A stretch of DNA of 63,845 bases, counting the filler, from Craspedostauros australis (lineage: Eukaryota), in NCBI GenBank assembly GCA_030167865.1. It is 7 parts of 7 records of this genome, joined end to end, with 100 filler letters (N's around TTAATTAATTAA, not from the genome) between each part and the next. Parts side by side here need not be neighbours in the genome. Positions count along the whole stretch, not along the records: positions 1 to 9,186 come from JALAGF010006559.1; positions 9,287 to 39,479 come from JALAGF010006561.1; 5 more parts are not named here. One strand, given 5' to 3'. This document shows, one piece after another, positions 1 through 12,326 of the stretch. Each line of letters begins with the position of its first letter. The stretch's first letter is position 1. The notes beneath the pieces were generated by a model. That model saw nothing but the letters and a program-made list of their open reading frames with translations. It made no database searches and had not been told where the DNA came from. A program made the position numbers and the translations under genes.

Positions 1-475
1 CAATGCATGATAGCCACAGGGTACTTGTTGGTGTTCGCCAACTCTGTCATTGATCTTCCTGAATGGTCCTACCAGTCGAAGAATCTCATCTCCGACGATG
101 CCACAGAAGAGAAGTCTGCGTTGTTCTCAGAACGTGTTTGCTTCCTTTCTTCCTTGTTGTCTGCGCGCATTTTCGTGATGGGTGGCAACAGAAGGATCCA
201 AACCAGAACCCGAGAGGGAGTGCGATCAACAGAAGGAGACCCCCATGCGACCAAGACAACACACAACTCCATACTCGAGCACATCAACAACAGACATCGA
301 ATTGCAACGCATACTACTATTCATCACGCAGTGTATGGTACGTACTCATACGAATACAAGCCATTGAAGACACACCATTGATATCTCTGCCTCGTAGTAG
401 ATAGCTCAGACCACACATTTCCTCGACAGCCAATCCAACGCCAAAAGACCACCAACCATCAACCATCCTCTCAAC

Positions 476-1417
476 ATGCCGAATGTTACGAACGAACAAC
501 TCGTTGATGCTGCCGTCGCAGGTGACATGTCGGTGTTGAAGGAGTGGAAGAAGCAGAACGAGACGCAGAATGAAGGAGTTGATGTCAACATGGTTACAGG
601 CGGCTTTGGTTCCACTCCCCTCCATGTGGCATGCTCCAACGGCCAGCTGGAGTGTGTGAAGTACCTCATCAAATCATGTGAGGCGAACATCAACTGCCAA
701 AACATCGATGGTGCCACTCCCCTTCATTTGGCATGCTACAACGGCCACCTGGGGTGTGTGAAGTACCTCATTGAATCATGTGAGGCAAACATCAACTGCA
801 AAACCAACGATGGTTCCACTCCCCTTCATGTGGCATGCCTCAACGGCCACCTGGAGTGTGTCAAGTACCTCACCGAATCAGGTGGAGCGAACATCAACTG
901 CCAAAGCAATCATGGTTCCACTCCCCTTCATTACGCATGCCACGGCGGCCACCTGGAGTGTGTGAAGTACCTCATTAAATCATGTGAGGCGAACATCAAC
1001 TGCCAAAGCAACAATGGTTCCACTCCCCTTCATTGGGCATGCCACAGCGGCCAGCTGGAGTGCGTGAAGTACCTCATCAAATCAGGTGAGGCGAACATCA
1101 ACTGCCAAGACAGCGATGGTGACACTCCCCTTCATTGGGCATGCATTAATGGCCACCTGGAGTGTGTGAAGTACCTCGCCGAATCAGGTGGAGCGAACAT
1201 CACCTGCCAAAACAACAATGGTGACACTCCCCTTCATTGGGCATGCCACAACGGCAAGCTGGAGTATATCGAGTCCCTCATTAGAGGACTTTCGCCTTCA
1301 GTTCACCCACAACTGCAACAACGCTGGCAACAATACGAGCAAGAGAATGAACACAAACACAGTAGCCACAAGAGGACCAACATCAGCATTGGAGAAGACC
1401 GACTCAGATCTTTCTAA
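476..1417 (+). CDS. Ankyrin-repeat protein, copy 1 (N-cap + 7 TPLH repeats + short Q-rich coil)
   Basis: Seven 34-aa repeats GxTPLHxACxxGHLECVKYLIESCEANINC. The ORF ends at TAA where copies 2 and 3 have CAA (RSF-Q-TENR). Confidence 0.92.
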   Translation: MPNVTNEQLVDAAVAGDMSVLKEWKKQNETQNEGVDVNMVTGGFGSTPLHVACSNGQLECVKYLIKSCEANINCQNIDGATPLHLACYNGHLGCVKYLIESCEANINCKTNDGSTPLHVACLNGHLECVKYLTESGGANINCQSNHGSTPLHYACHGGHLECVKYLIKSCEANINCQSNNGSTPLHWACHSGQLECVKYLIKSGEANINCQDSDGDTPLHWACINGHLECVKYLAESGGANITCQNNNGDTPLHWACHNGKLEYIESLIRGLSPSVHPQLQQRWQQYEQENEHKHSSHKRTNISIGEDRLRSF

Positions 1418-1700
1418 ACTGGGAACAGGACAGACACCATCTTCTTGTGTGGACAAGGCGACGAACAGCAACTAACCAAGGCAACTGCTGAAGTCCTCAT
1501 GATCACCGTCCCACCCATTGAGACACTGATCGACAAAGGAATCCAACATCAGCACACGAATGATGACACCGAAGACGGCGCGGCTCCATCCAAACAACCA
1601 TCCCTCTTCCCAACCTTCAACCAAACCATGTCCGATACGTCCTCCAATGCATCTACGCAGGCGAGATATCCTTCAATGACAGCGCTCATGACGACACTGA
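1418..1700 (+). pseudogene. Disrupted N-terminal part of the BTB/POZ domain following ANK copy 1
   Basis: In frame with the ANK ORF after the stop (TGNRTDTIFLCGQGDEQ..ETLIDKG). A 1-nt deletion at DGAAP shifts the frame, and the sequence then jumps to block B. Confidence 0.75.
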
Positions 1701-1799
1701 TGATGATGACGCAAACCAGCGTCTCTTCATGCAACGCAACTCTGTTCGATGATGGTGATGGCAATGGCGACCACTCCAACGGCGCCGCTTCCCTTCACA

Positions 1800-4169
1800 T
1801 TGATACCATCAATGCAAACACCAACGCAAACACAAACAGTCAGACAAGATGATGAGGCATCAACATCCAAGAGGAACTGCGGGAAGGCTCACCAGTTGCT
1901 CCGCACCTTGACCCACTCGTCGTACGACTACGAGTATTACTATGGAACCTTCCATGAGTACGATCTACTCTGGGAGTTGTCACAGCAAAGCGTCCAGCCT
2001 GATACTCTGTTCGAACCTTCGTGCGGTCATGAGGCCATGACGATCGAAGTTGCTGGAAGAGGACGGTGTCAGACTGATAGCGGAGAAGCACACAGAGACC
2101 AAGCAACCGCAACAGGCCAACACGAAATCGAAGGCGAGCGAGCCCACAAGCGTCGCCAAAGAGGCCAAAGCAGCTGCACATTCAGGTGGTTGTGCGAGTG
2201 TCAGCACAGATACACCAAGCAGTGCCAATAGAAGTACAGCAAAAGATGCGAAAGCTTCGGCTGTGAAACGATCACATGTGAAGAGTCTGGAGATGCTCGA
2301 CATGCAAGCTCATGAGATGTCATTCAGCTCCCTTGATCCCAGCAAGTTCAACGACAACAAATCGATGCCGGCGCCAAACACCCCAGGTGGACTCAGCTTC
2401 GCCACAGCCCCAGCACTTGGCGCAACCCGCGAACGGAGCAGCCAAGACAAGACGAAGCTTTCCCAGAGTCGGAGACGCAGGCCAAGGACACACACGAATT
2501 CCAACGGAACGACCAGCAGCGCCAAATCGAGGAGCAAGAGTTTGAAATCCTTGGAATTTTCGAAGGACGGACACAACATGCCAGGCACAACATACACATC
2601 AGACACATCAGGCGCATTGAGCGCAGCCAGCACCCCGGCTCCACCTCGAGTTGCGACAACGGAGACGTCACGCAGCAAGAGCCTGGAGTCACTGTCCAAT
2701 CTGCCAAGTCTCTACGACGACGACAGCGTCGACGTTGCGACAAGTGCTGCCGTAACGAACGGTGGGAGATGCTCTGTGGCCCCTGTCACGCCTGGAGGTC
2801 GGAGCGCGGCATCTACACCAGCCCCCTTCAGCCACACACATGAATAGAGACAACAATCTTCATTGTTGAACAAGCACAGGTCGACGTTGGAAAACGTCCT
2901 CAAAGCCAAACGATCGTCATTACGCGAAGTGTCGTCAACCAATCCTGGCAAATCGAAGCAACGACCATCTCTCGAATGTCGACCATCGCAATTGGCCGAT
3001 CTTGCCTTGACTGAAGCATCTGCAAAGGCGCCATCATCGCCATCATCATCATCGCCGTCGCCACTGTCATCATCATCACGGTCCAAATCCAAACTCGATC
3101 TTCAACAGTTCGAACGCGAACACAAACATGGAGGCGTCTCGGCCACACACCTCAAGCCTCATCCAGTCCTGGAACCTTGAGTCTTGGAATCGAATTGAAA
3201 TCGAGCAAGAAGGAACAGGTGACTCCTTCTCACAACAGATCCGCACGCAGTTCGTTGCGCCCAAGTGAAGACTCAAAGCAACGACGTTCACGCGAATGAA
3301 GCACGGGTGCTCTGCGCGATGCGATCAAGGAAAGGATCTCCAAGGTGCTTGGCAATGGGCCCCGACATCACCACTCCAGCAAAACATCAGGTGTGTCATC
3401 ACCATTGATATTACCATCGATATCACCATCGATATCACCGTCGCCACGACATCGGCGGAGAAGCGCACAGCACACCAGTGGCAAGCCGCACGCGACATCG
3501 CCAAGATCAAAGAGTGTGGAGCATTCGCCATCATTGCGTCATCGTCGCGACGGAGCAATTCACACTTCCTCCTCTGGAAGAAGCCGCCGCTCGCCATCGT
3601 CGCGGAGTCGTCGAAGCCCATCCGATCGCGGCCGCAGAAGAACTGCGCAAGTATCGATGGACTCATCGCCATCATCACGACGCCAACGAACATGTGGCAG
3701 TTCGGATGATGCGAACGCAGCCTCGCGTTNNNNNNNNNNNNNNNNNNNNNNNNNNNNNNNNNNNNNNNNNNNNNNNNNNCTGGTTTGCACCAACGCAAGG
3801 GCTCACCTTCCCGAACGCATGCCCGGGGAAGTTCGCGAAGACCAAATCAACGTGGCCATAGCCAATCGACACCATGTGGCGAAGATCAGCGAAGGAAGTC
3901 CTCCCATGAACGATCACCATCGGCGCGACAACGAAGTAGGTCAAGAGGATATCGAAATTAGAGTATCGAACGGCACATCAATGAGAGAGATGAGAATGGA
4001 CGGCATTGCAAACAACAACATGGCCAACAACAGCATGGCAACAAACGTTCGTCATCACGCGGGGCCCTTCAATCAAATCGTCGTGGACGAAGCAGATCGT
4101 CAACTCGCGATGCTGCTGTCTACCATGAGAAGATGTCTGGCACAAAGCCACTGCAACTCACACCAATGA
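1800..4169 (+). pseudogene. Block B: fragmented Ser/Arg-rich low-complexity gene of unknown function
   Basis: Consecutive same-strand ORFs 2050-2847, 2863-3180 and 3345-4169. Homologous copies at ~41700-44050 and ~52090-53685 (minus) are broken at different positions. Confidence 0.5.
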
Positions 4170-6110
4170 AGGCTGTCAGGAACAAGATCGCGTCTCAGTA
4201 CCGCGATCACTTGACGAATGGTACCAAAACTCTCACCCTGTGATGCATCACGACACGATGGGATGGAATGAGATGGAGGGGCCGCTCCATATTCGTATCA
4301 TACTGCTTGAGATGTGGTAGATCCATGTCCCTGCATGTAATACACCTACGAATAAACTGTACTTCTCTACGTATGTTTGCAATATTACCGCATGAACTAC
4401 ATCTGCTTGTGCAATAGAACACTGTGATGAAGTCACCGGATGTTTCAAGAGATTGAAGGGCTGGATACTGCTCCCATGCTGCCTCTGCCTTGTCTGCAAC
4501 TTGTCTGGTCCGCTCTCTACAATACATACCCACACAGGGATGTTGCCGATGTCATTCATGAGCAGATTGAACGTCCGTGGTTCCATCTACGCCCCGCCAT
4601 CAACATCGTTGTTGGTTCATTGCGCAGACAAAGGACGCAAGGCAGCACCATTTTCACAAGCCGTGCGGTCGTCGCAGTGCGGTCGTCACCATGCCATCGG
4701 ATTCGCACACAGAGCAATCTACTCCAAGTTACACACTGCCAAGCCGATTCAAAGCTACATTGCCAAAATGCCAGCCGATCCAAGTTTGTGGAAGAGACGA
4801 TCTACAAAGAGCACATGGCGAACAAGGCAGAGGGAAATGATGGGAAACCGCGAGGGGCATGGTTGTTGCACGGTTCCATCGACCGTCCCGTATCACGCTA
4901 TTGTCCTCATCTCACCATGAGTTGCACTCCCACCATTGTGCCAAAACTGCAGTCGAGACCCTCGCCAAGTCCCAGGAGGAGTGATCACTCGCCGTTGAAG
5001 CAACAAATGCCAGGGTCACCATCCATTCCAATCTTCGAAGCGATCAGTGCCAGCGTGGCGGAAAGCCAAGAATTGACGAGCCAGCGCAGTCCAAGCATCC
5101 CGAGAGCTTGACGAGCAACAGAAGAAACCAACCAACCAACAACAACCCCATGCAGAGTGCGAGTGCCGTATTGCGGATCATGGTTGACACAGAGATCCAT
5201 TTTGGTACAAGAAGCACACAGTCAGCGATCCATGGCCCATGCGCACAGTATACCCACATGTCCTCCTTTGTGGTGCTCCCAACTTCGTTGATGAGGCGGA
5301 TGTTCCTGTCCATCGCCTCGGTTGAGCATCGATGCTCTGGAAGTCACGAGCCAAGACAGCGGCGCTTCTGCCTATGGATAGAACACGCATGGTATTGTAT
5401 GTTGGTGGTATGTGCGGCAGGAACAGTGGAGGCGGCACAGTATCACTCCGCCTGATGCTTGCTGAACGTGTCAACTCATCCCAATGCGCAATGTGATGTT
5501 GGTTTGATGTTGGGGATTCTTGTTGCCTGTGCGGATGGTGATGGTTGCAATGCGGTGGGATGGCAACCAGCCAAGTCCCAATGAGATGTGTCGCAACCAA
5601 CAGAGGCAACCAACAAAGGCAGTCACATTGGTGGCTTCATCGGTGGCTTCATGGTTGTTCGAGGCATTGGCTCACACCTCAAGTTGGTGCTTGCGATGGC
5701 AGGCGGACGAGGGTCAGCGGTCTTGCAGATGCCACGATGACGCAAGCAAGCGTGGTTCATGGTGCACATGGTGGTGGCGGCGGTGGTGGCGACGATGACA
5801 GCTGTCTGTGTTTCCGAAGACTTTCACGTTGTTTGCTTCGGATTGGTGTTGCGTTGATTGTGGCCAAACGAGAACTCTGTTGTGATGCTTCTTTCTTGTT
5901 GTTGGTCGCACGCATTTTCGTGATGGATGGGAACAGAAAGATCCAAGCCACACGAACCAGACGCGTTTGATCAAGAGGAGACAAACACAGGCAAACAGAA
6001 GGAGGAGACCATGCGAACAAGACAACAACACACACATCACTCAACCCCATACTCAACCGCGTGAACAACAGACATCGAATTGCCACTCATCCTACTATTC
6101 ATCACACAGC

Positions 6111-6176
6111 GTATGGTACTCATACTCATACTAATACAAGCTGTTGCATACACCACCATCGATATCTCTTCCATAG
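6111..6176 (+). other. Candidate 66-nt 5'UTR intron in the ANK leader
   Basis: GTATGG donor, ACTAAT branch-like motif and CATAG acceptor. GTATGG...TAG is also seen in the leaders of copies 1 and 3. Confidence 0.35.
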
Positions 6177-6258
6177 GCAGCTCCGACCACAGACATCCTC
6201 GACAGCCAATCCAACGTCGATCGTCCATCCACCATCGACCATCCACCATCCTCTCAAA

Positions 6259-6807
6259 ATGCCGAGTGTTACCAACCAACAACTCATTGATGCTGCCAAG
6301 GCAGGTGACTTGTCAGTGTTGAAGGAGTGGAAGAAGCAGAACAAGACGCAGAATGAAGGAAATGGTGTCGACAATGTCACAGACTGGAATGGTCGCACTC
6401 CCCTTCATTGGGCATGCTACAACGGCCACCTGGAGTGTGTCAAGTACCTCATTGAATCATGTGAAGCGAACGCCAACTGCCAAAGCAACAATGATTTCAC
6501 TCCCCTTCATTGGGCATGCATGTACAACCGCCTGGAGTGTGTGAAGTACCTCATTGAATCATGTGAGGCGAACATCAACTGCCAAAACAACGATGGTTTC
6601 ACTCCCCTTCATTGGGCATGCTACAACGGCCACCTGGAGTGCGTGGAGTACCTCACCAAATCAGGTGGAGCGAACATCAACTGCCAAAACAACAATGGTT
6701 CCACTCCCCTTCATTGGGCATGCCGCAACGGCAAGCTGGAGTGTATCGAGTCCCTCATTAGAGGACTTTCGCCTTCAGTTCACCCACAACTGCAGCAACG
6801 CTTATAA
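6259..6807 (+). CDS. Ankyrin-repeat protein, copy 2 (N-cap + 4 repeats), prematurely terminated in the coil
   Basis: The MPSVTNQ start is homologous to the other copies (the ORF track extends it upstream to 6061). CAA>TAA stop at 6805-6807. Confidence 0.85.
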   Translation: MPSVTNQQLIDAAKAGDLSVLKEWKKQNKTQNEGNGVDNVTDWNGRTPLHWACYNGHLECVKYLIESCEANANCQSNNDFTPLHWACMYNRLECVKYLIESCEANINCQNNDGFTPLHWACYNGHLECVEYLTKSGGANINCQNNNGSTPLHWACRNGKLECIESLIRGLSPSVHPQLQQRL

Positions 6808-7798
6808 CAAAACGAGCAAGAGAATGAACAACAACAACAACAGTCGAGACACCAGTTGAAGCGGAAGAAGCAAGATAATGAACACAAACACAGCAGCCAC
6901 AAGAGGACCAAAATCAACATTGAAGAAGACAGCTCAGATCCTTCCAAACCGAGAACAGGGCAGGCACCATCTTCTTGTGTGGACAGGGTGATCAAAAACA
7001 ACCAATCAAGACAAACGCCGAAGCCCTTATGATCGCTGCCCCATCCATTGAGACACTGATCGACAAGGGAATCCAACATCACCACACGAATGATGGCACT
7101 GACGACGGTGCAGCCCCCATCCAAACAACCATCCCTCTTCCCAACCTTCAACCAAAACACGTCCGATACATCCTCCAATGCATCTACACAGGCGAGAAAT
7201 CCTTCAATGACAGCGCTCGTGACAACGCCGCCACACACATCGGCGCTCACTCCAACTCTCACCACGATACAAATGCCTCTCACCAGCCAACTCCCATCCT
7301 CACTGGACAGGATGATCTGCACTAGCTGATCCTTGTGGCCAACGAGTTTGGCTTCAGGTGACTCAAGCTTGTTCTTGAAGCGGAGTTGGCCCACAAATAT
7401 CTCACAGAGGATACCATGATAGATGCGGTGATATTCGCCGATCAACACAACTGCTTGGTGTTGTAGGATGCAGCAATGAGAATGGCAGCTGAAAGTGAGA
7501 AGGATATGTTCACTCATCTAGATTTAAGCAAACTGATTCTACAACCCCAACTGATGACGGAGATCCAGGTGTTTTGCGGTGGAAGAACAGAGAGCGCTAG
7601 TATTGATGATGAGTACAACCACCTGTCCATGATGGACCTGTACAAGGTTGTTGATGAGGATGAGGGTACAGCACAAGTGGATTCATACATGGATTGGGCG
7701 ACATTGGTGGGCTTCGTGCGCTCCATGAGAACCAGCTCTATGAGAACCAATTGATCCGAAGTGATTGTGGCGGACGGCACTGCCGAGGAAGAGGAGTG
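6808..7798 (+). pseudogene. Coil + BTB/POZ (BACK-like tail) remnant of ANK copy 2
   Basis: DTIFLCG..LPNLQPKHVRYILQCIYTGE..LILVANEFG..LKLVLEAEL..IFADQHNC fits a BTB fold plus SPOP-like tail. It carries one frameshift and several in-frame stops. Confidence 0.8.
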
Positions 7799-9186
7799 AA
7801 GCAGTTCACTCCAGCAACAGCGCTTGAGGAGCGAACACATCATGGAGTGGAGTAGCGCAGACGGCAAAGTCTGAGCAATTTGATAGCAATTAGATATTCT
7901 CTATATTACTTATCAAGAGAGCCTTCAGACTCGCATGTCGTGTGACCTGTACGAGTAGTCGCGGTGCGGGCACGGTGCAAAGAGATGACGAGCCATCAAT
8001 CCAATGCCGCATCGCACATGCCAAGTCATGCATCAATTCAATGCCAACGCTCGTGTTGAGTGAAAAGACGAAAGTTGGTTTGCACATGCCGAAGAGAGTG
8101 CCGCAAGCGGAACCACCACGACATCAAACAATCGCTCGATCATTGTGAAGTTCAGTTGCGCGGCGTTTTGATGTGACGGGGAGACGAGATGGTTGTGAGT
8201 GTGAATGTCGGTGGGCGAGGAGCATGGAATATGAGCGCCGTGGAGCCAGCGCCGTGGAGCCTCCGCTGGATTCACATTCATATTCGTCATCTTGACCATT
8301 GGTGTCTTGTGATGCGTGAGCGTTTGCTCTGTTGTTCGGGCCAGGCATTGGGGCAGCAGATGAGCCAAGCAATGAAGCAAGAACCATGCGCCTCGCCAAT
8401 TGCGCTTTGGTCATGCTTCATGCGATCGCTCGCCGCCGGCGGAGTACGCGAGGCTTGATGCGGTCCAACCACTTTGCTGGGATGGCGACTGCTCCAGCAT
8501 CCAAAGCGATGCGTCTCATGCGCAGTGCATTGGTGCCATGCGATGCTTCGCTCCCAAGCCGTTGCTTTCCACACCTCAGAACGAATTCGCCGCAGGGTGA
8601 GAGTCTTGCTCCGTGCTCCAGCTTGACGATTTGACGACTTGGGCATCGGCATCATCTGTCGAAAGATACGCGGAACCGAAGTCGACGCCAAGAGATCGCG
8701 CGCGTCGCCCACATGATGCGTGGTCCGACCTCAGCTCTCTCGTCCATCACCTGCACTTTTCCGCGCAACACGTGTGCCTGCCTAGTTCAGTTGGCGGAAT
8801 TGAAGCAGCGAAGACCGCGGTCATTATCTCAGAGGTGTTTGTACCAATAGTCGTACGAGTAGAGGGCAGTGTGCTCGTACGAGTATCATGGTGGTTGGAG
8901 ACCATGGTGCGCGTAGTTGTTGTGTGCTGTGGTGTTGGGTGAAAGGAGCGCACACGATCTTGGTGGTGTTGGTGATGTCTCCCTCTTCCACGATCTTCTG
9001 CTTCTTGGATTCTCGTTCTCATTTGTTGATGTGGAGGTTGTGCGTGTTTGTCTTGTTGTGACATGCATAGCTCAACGTAAAATATGAAATATCAATACGC
9101 ACTAGCTTGATACCACAATCACAATTTACAAAGGTTGAAGTTGTCGGCGCGACGTGGCCACAGACAGCAAGCCAAAATGATGTTAA

Positions 9187-9286
9187 NNNNNNNNNNNNNN
9201 NNNNNNNNNNNNNNNNNNNNNNNNNNNNNNTTAATTAATTAANNNNNNNNNNNNNNNNNNNNNNNNNNNNNNNNNNNNNNNNNNNN
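9187..9286. other. Artificial contig linker (44N-TTAATTAATTAA-44N); same linker at 39480-39579, 53686-53785, 56136-56235, 58675-58774, 61269-61368
   Basis: Identical 100-bp structure six times; the core gives stops in all six frames. Confidence 0.98.
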
Positions 9287-9553
9287 GCTGTTGCTTGTGG
9301 CGCCCCTCCGGATTCGAACCGCAGAGCAGATACAATCATGGGCGACCCAGGGCAGCATCTCAAGCGTTCTCCTCCCATGACGGGTGCCCATAATAGTCCA
9401 AAGAAGATGAAGTCTCAAGAGATTGTCGAGGACGGCAAGCCTGCAGCAATCGACTTCGCAGTCAACACGACTCTTCCCAGCAGTGACGGCAACAGTGACA
9501 GTGAGACTGAGGATTTTGATGATGAACTCGCAGACTTCTTTTCTCATGCCTAA
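9287..9553 (+). CDS. 3' end of an unknown ORF convergent with the transposase (possible second Harbinger gene)
   Basis: Open from the contig edge to TAA at 9553, with an acidic C-terminus (DSETEDFDDELADFF). It ends 66 nt from the transposase stop. No Myb/SANT motif is visible. Confidence 0.4.
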   Translation, partial: AVACGAPPDSNRRADTIMGDPGQHLKRSPPMTGAHNSPKKMKSQEIVEDGKPAAIDFAVNTTLPSSDGNSDSETEDFDDELADFFSHA

Positions 9554-9619
9554 ACAACCAATTAGTAACATGAAGTATTTGGAACAGTTATCAACTACAG
9601 TTCTCTACCTGCATTACCA

Positions 9620-11784
9620 TTAGATATCGAATATCGGGTGCCCATTGTCGAGCTCATACTGAATCAGAACACAGCATGTCTCAAATAAGCACTGATGCTT
9701 GTGCAGTTGGTTCCGGTAGCCGCCCGCGAGTGCCCTGAAATTCTTTATCCTCCCGTTGAAGCTCTCATGCCGTGCTCTTGCTCTGTTCTTGAACTTCCTC
9801 ACAGCAGCAGAATCGCACGGATTTGGGGCACTGATTGTGGGCTCGTTGTTGTACCCCCCATCTGCAATCACCAGGGCATTTGGTGGGATCTTGGATTTGA
9901 GACCGCCTGGCTTGCGATACATCACAAGATCTGAAGTTGAAGCCGGAAATGGACCATTGATCCACACCAGCTTGCTCTCTGTGAGTGATATCCCAAGCTC
10001 ATATGTCAGTCCGGCCGAGTGCGACTTGTGGGAGTACCACTTTGCTCCTGGGTCCATCCTCGGTTCGTGGATCTTGATATGAACACCATCAACAGTAATG
10101 ATGAAGTGCTTGTCATCTCCTGTGAGCTCCGCTGTATTTGGTGGCCAGATGACCTGATGATGAGGGATCGGAATGAATGGAAAGAAATATTGGAATGAGA
10201 GAATCAGCTCGAGCAAAGCACATGAAATATCTGTTCCAGCATTAGCTTCGTTTCACTTACCTTGTTTGGAAGCAGAGATTGAATGGCCGGCAGGTACGAC
10301 CAAATGAGACCGCGGATGGTCTTCTCATCTAAGCACCAGCGACCAGCCATCACATGCTCTGTGCAGTATGTCTTCAGCCAGTTCAAGACAACAAAGAGAT
10401 CATGTGGACGTGGCTGTTTGAATTGGTGTGTTTGAATGTTAGAAAGATCGACAAAGAGAGAAGCAAAGCTTTCAGGGCACAGACCGTATGTTGCAGCAAA
10501 ACGAGTCTGCTTGGTTCTGCTAGCCATCTTCGTCTGATGAAAACCGGCATACTCCAGGCCAAGCGCAAGCACTTCATCGCTGTCCAAGAATTCCATGTCT
10601 GTTGTTGTGTTGGTTGCCGTACTGCTGTCCGTGCTTCCTCCTCCTCGGCTGCTCGCGATGGTTGCTGTGTCGCTGCTTGCTGTTCCTCTTCGTTGGCTTC
10701 CTCCTCTTCGGCTGCTTGCGACAGTTGCTGTACTGCTGCTCGTGGTTCCTCCTCGCTGGCTTCCTCCTCGGGTGTTTGTGATGGTTGTGATGCTGGTGCT
10801 TGTGGTTCCTCCTCGGCTGCCCGCGATGGTTGCTGTGCCGCTGCTCGCCATTCCTCCTTGTTGGATTCCTCCTCTTCGGCTGCTTGCGATCGTTGTTGTG
10901 CTGACCGAGCCTTCTCCTCCTCGTCTGCTTGCGATGGTTGCTGTGCTGCTGTCCATGCTTCCTCCTGCTCCTCTGCTCGCGACAGTTGCTGTGTCGCTGC
11001 TCGCCATTCCTGCTCGTTGGCTTCTTCCTCTTCGACTGCTTGTGATGGTTGCTGTGCTGCTGTCCGCTGTTCTTCCTCGCCGGCTTCCTCCTCCTCGTCT
11101 GCTCGCGGCGGTTGCTGTGCTGCTGGCCATGCTTCCTCCTCTTCGGCTGCTTGCGATTGTTGCTGTGCTGCTGTCCATGCTTCCTCCTCTTTGGATGCTT
11201 GCAATGGTTGCTGTGCCGCTGATCGTCGTTCCTCCTCGCTGGCTCCCACCTCGGCTGCTTGTGATGGTTGTGGTGCCGCTGCTGGTGGTTCCTCCTCGCC
11301 TTCTTCCTCCTCTTTGACTGTTCAAGATGGTCGCTGCGCTGCTGCGTATGCTGCCTCCACCTCGGCTGCTCGCAATGGTTGTGGTGCCACTGCTCGCTGT
11401 TGCTCCTTGCCAGCTTGCTCCTCCTCGGCTGCTTGCAATGGTTGCTGTGCTGCTGCCCATGCTTCCTCCTCCTCCTCCTCCCTGGCTGCTTGCGATAGTT
11501 GTTGTGCTGCTGCCCATGCTTCGTCCTCGGCTGCCTGTGATGGTTGCTGTGTTGCTGCTCGCCGTTCCTGCTTGTTGGCTTCTTTCTCCTTGGCTGTTTG
11601 CGATGGTTGTTGTGCCACTGCTCGCTCTTCCTCCTCCTCGGCTGCTTGCAAGGAGTGTGGTGCTGCCTGGGGTTCCTCCTCGCCAGCTGACTCGTCCTCG
11701 GTTGCTTGCAATGGCTGCCGTGCTGCTGACCATGCTTCCTCTTTGCTGGCTTCCCCCTCTTTGGTTGCTTGCGATGATTGCCAT
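9620..11784 (-). CDS. DDE transposase (DDE_Tnp_4, Harbinger/ISL2EU-like), two exons; intron 10260-10154
   Basis: Catalytic motifs VDGVH, IADGGY and RHESFNGRIKNF, plus YSHK and WINGPFPAS. Donor AAG|GTAAGT and acceptor CATCAG|GTC join LLPNK to VIWPP in frame. The start is either Met 10596 or further upstream in the open repeat frame. Confidence 0.88.
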
Positions 11785-11990
11785 GCTCCTGTGCCGCGCT
11801 TCCTCCTCCTCGGTTGCTTGCGATGGCTCCTGTGTCGCTGCCTGTGGTTCCTCCTCGCTGGCTTTCTCCTCCTTGGATGTTTGCGATGGTTGCTATGCTG
11901 CTGGTGGTGGCTCTTCCTCCTTGGCTGCTCGCGATGGTTGCTGTGCCACTGCCTGTGCTTCCTCCATGCTGGTTTTCTTCTCCTTGATGT
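10600..11990 (-). repeat. Degenerate minisatellite of ~48 and ~60 bp units upstream of and in frame with the transposase
   Basis: Recurrent GCACAGCAACCATCGCAAGCAGCCGAGGAGGAGGAAGC core. It reads ATIASSRGGGS.. in the transposase frame and AAQQPSRAAEEEE in another frame. Confidence 0.9.
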
Positions 11991-12326
11991 TTCCAACGTC
12001 TTGATTGCTTGATGGATGATCGGTGAAGGGTGATGAAGTGTGACGAACGGCTTGTAATTTATCATGGAGCAGAACACACAGGAAGGCCATCACGTTCGCC
12101 ACAAGTGTTGTGTGGCCGACAAATTTGAATCATGTTTGTAACGGCGCGAAACGATTCTTTGACATAACTGTGATAATTGGGAGACGATGCGTGATGTGTG
12201 TGGGTGTGTGTGTGTGATGTCATTGTTGTGAATATCCCTGACTGAACGGAGGCCGCGAACATGGGAGATTGTTGCTGCACCGTCTGTCATGGGATCGTAT
12301 ACCAACAATAACTACTCTCGATGTGT

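Larger units (their letters stand above)
68..5880 (+). repeat. ANK-BTB segmental repeat unit, copy U1 (leader - ANK - truncated BTB - block B - block C); ends approximate
   Basis: Blocks align by eye with the reverse complement of 39950-48676. About 2 kb (BTB C-terminal half and block D) is missing at ~1700. The unit runs directly into the next unit's leader at ~5880. Confidence 0.85.
5880..7800 (+). repeat. ANK-BTB repeat unit, partial copy U2 (leader + ANK-BTB only)
   Basis: Leader matches 130-475 and the reverse complement of 48090-48480. Similarity to the other copies ends just after the BTB stop (~7798). Confidence 0.85.

Noticed and set aside
4200..5870. Block C (and block D) ORFs as real proteins
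   Set aside because: Frames break differently in each copy, no recognisable domain, and the coding strand is unresolved.
476..7798. Diversity-generating retroelement acting on the ANK repeats
   Set aside because: No linked reverse transcriptase or template repeat, and the variation is not adenine-specific.
8100..9064. Possible decayed minus-strand gene (VDFGSA kinase-like word near 8680)
   Set aside because: A single short motif with no other kinase motifs in order.
9231..9242. Recurrent TTAATTAATTAA motif
   Set aside because: Always centred between two 44-N runs; it is an assembly linker.
10354..12012. 552-aa Cys-rich ORF on the + strand
   Set aside because: Antisense reading of the minisatellite and transposase.
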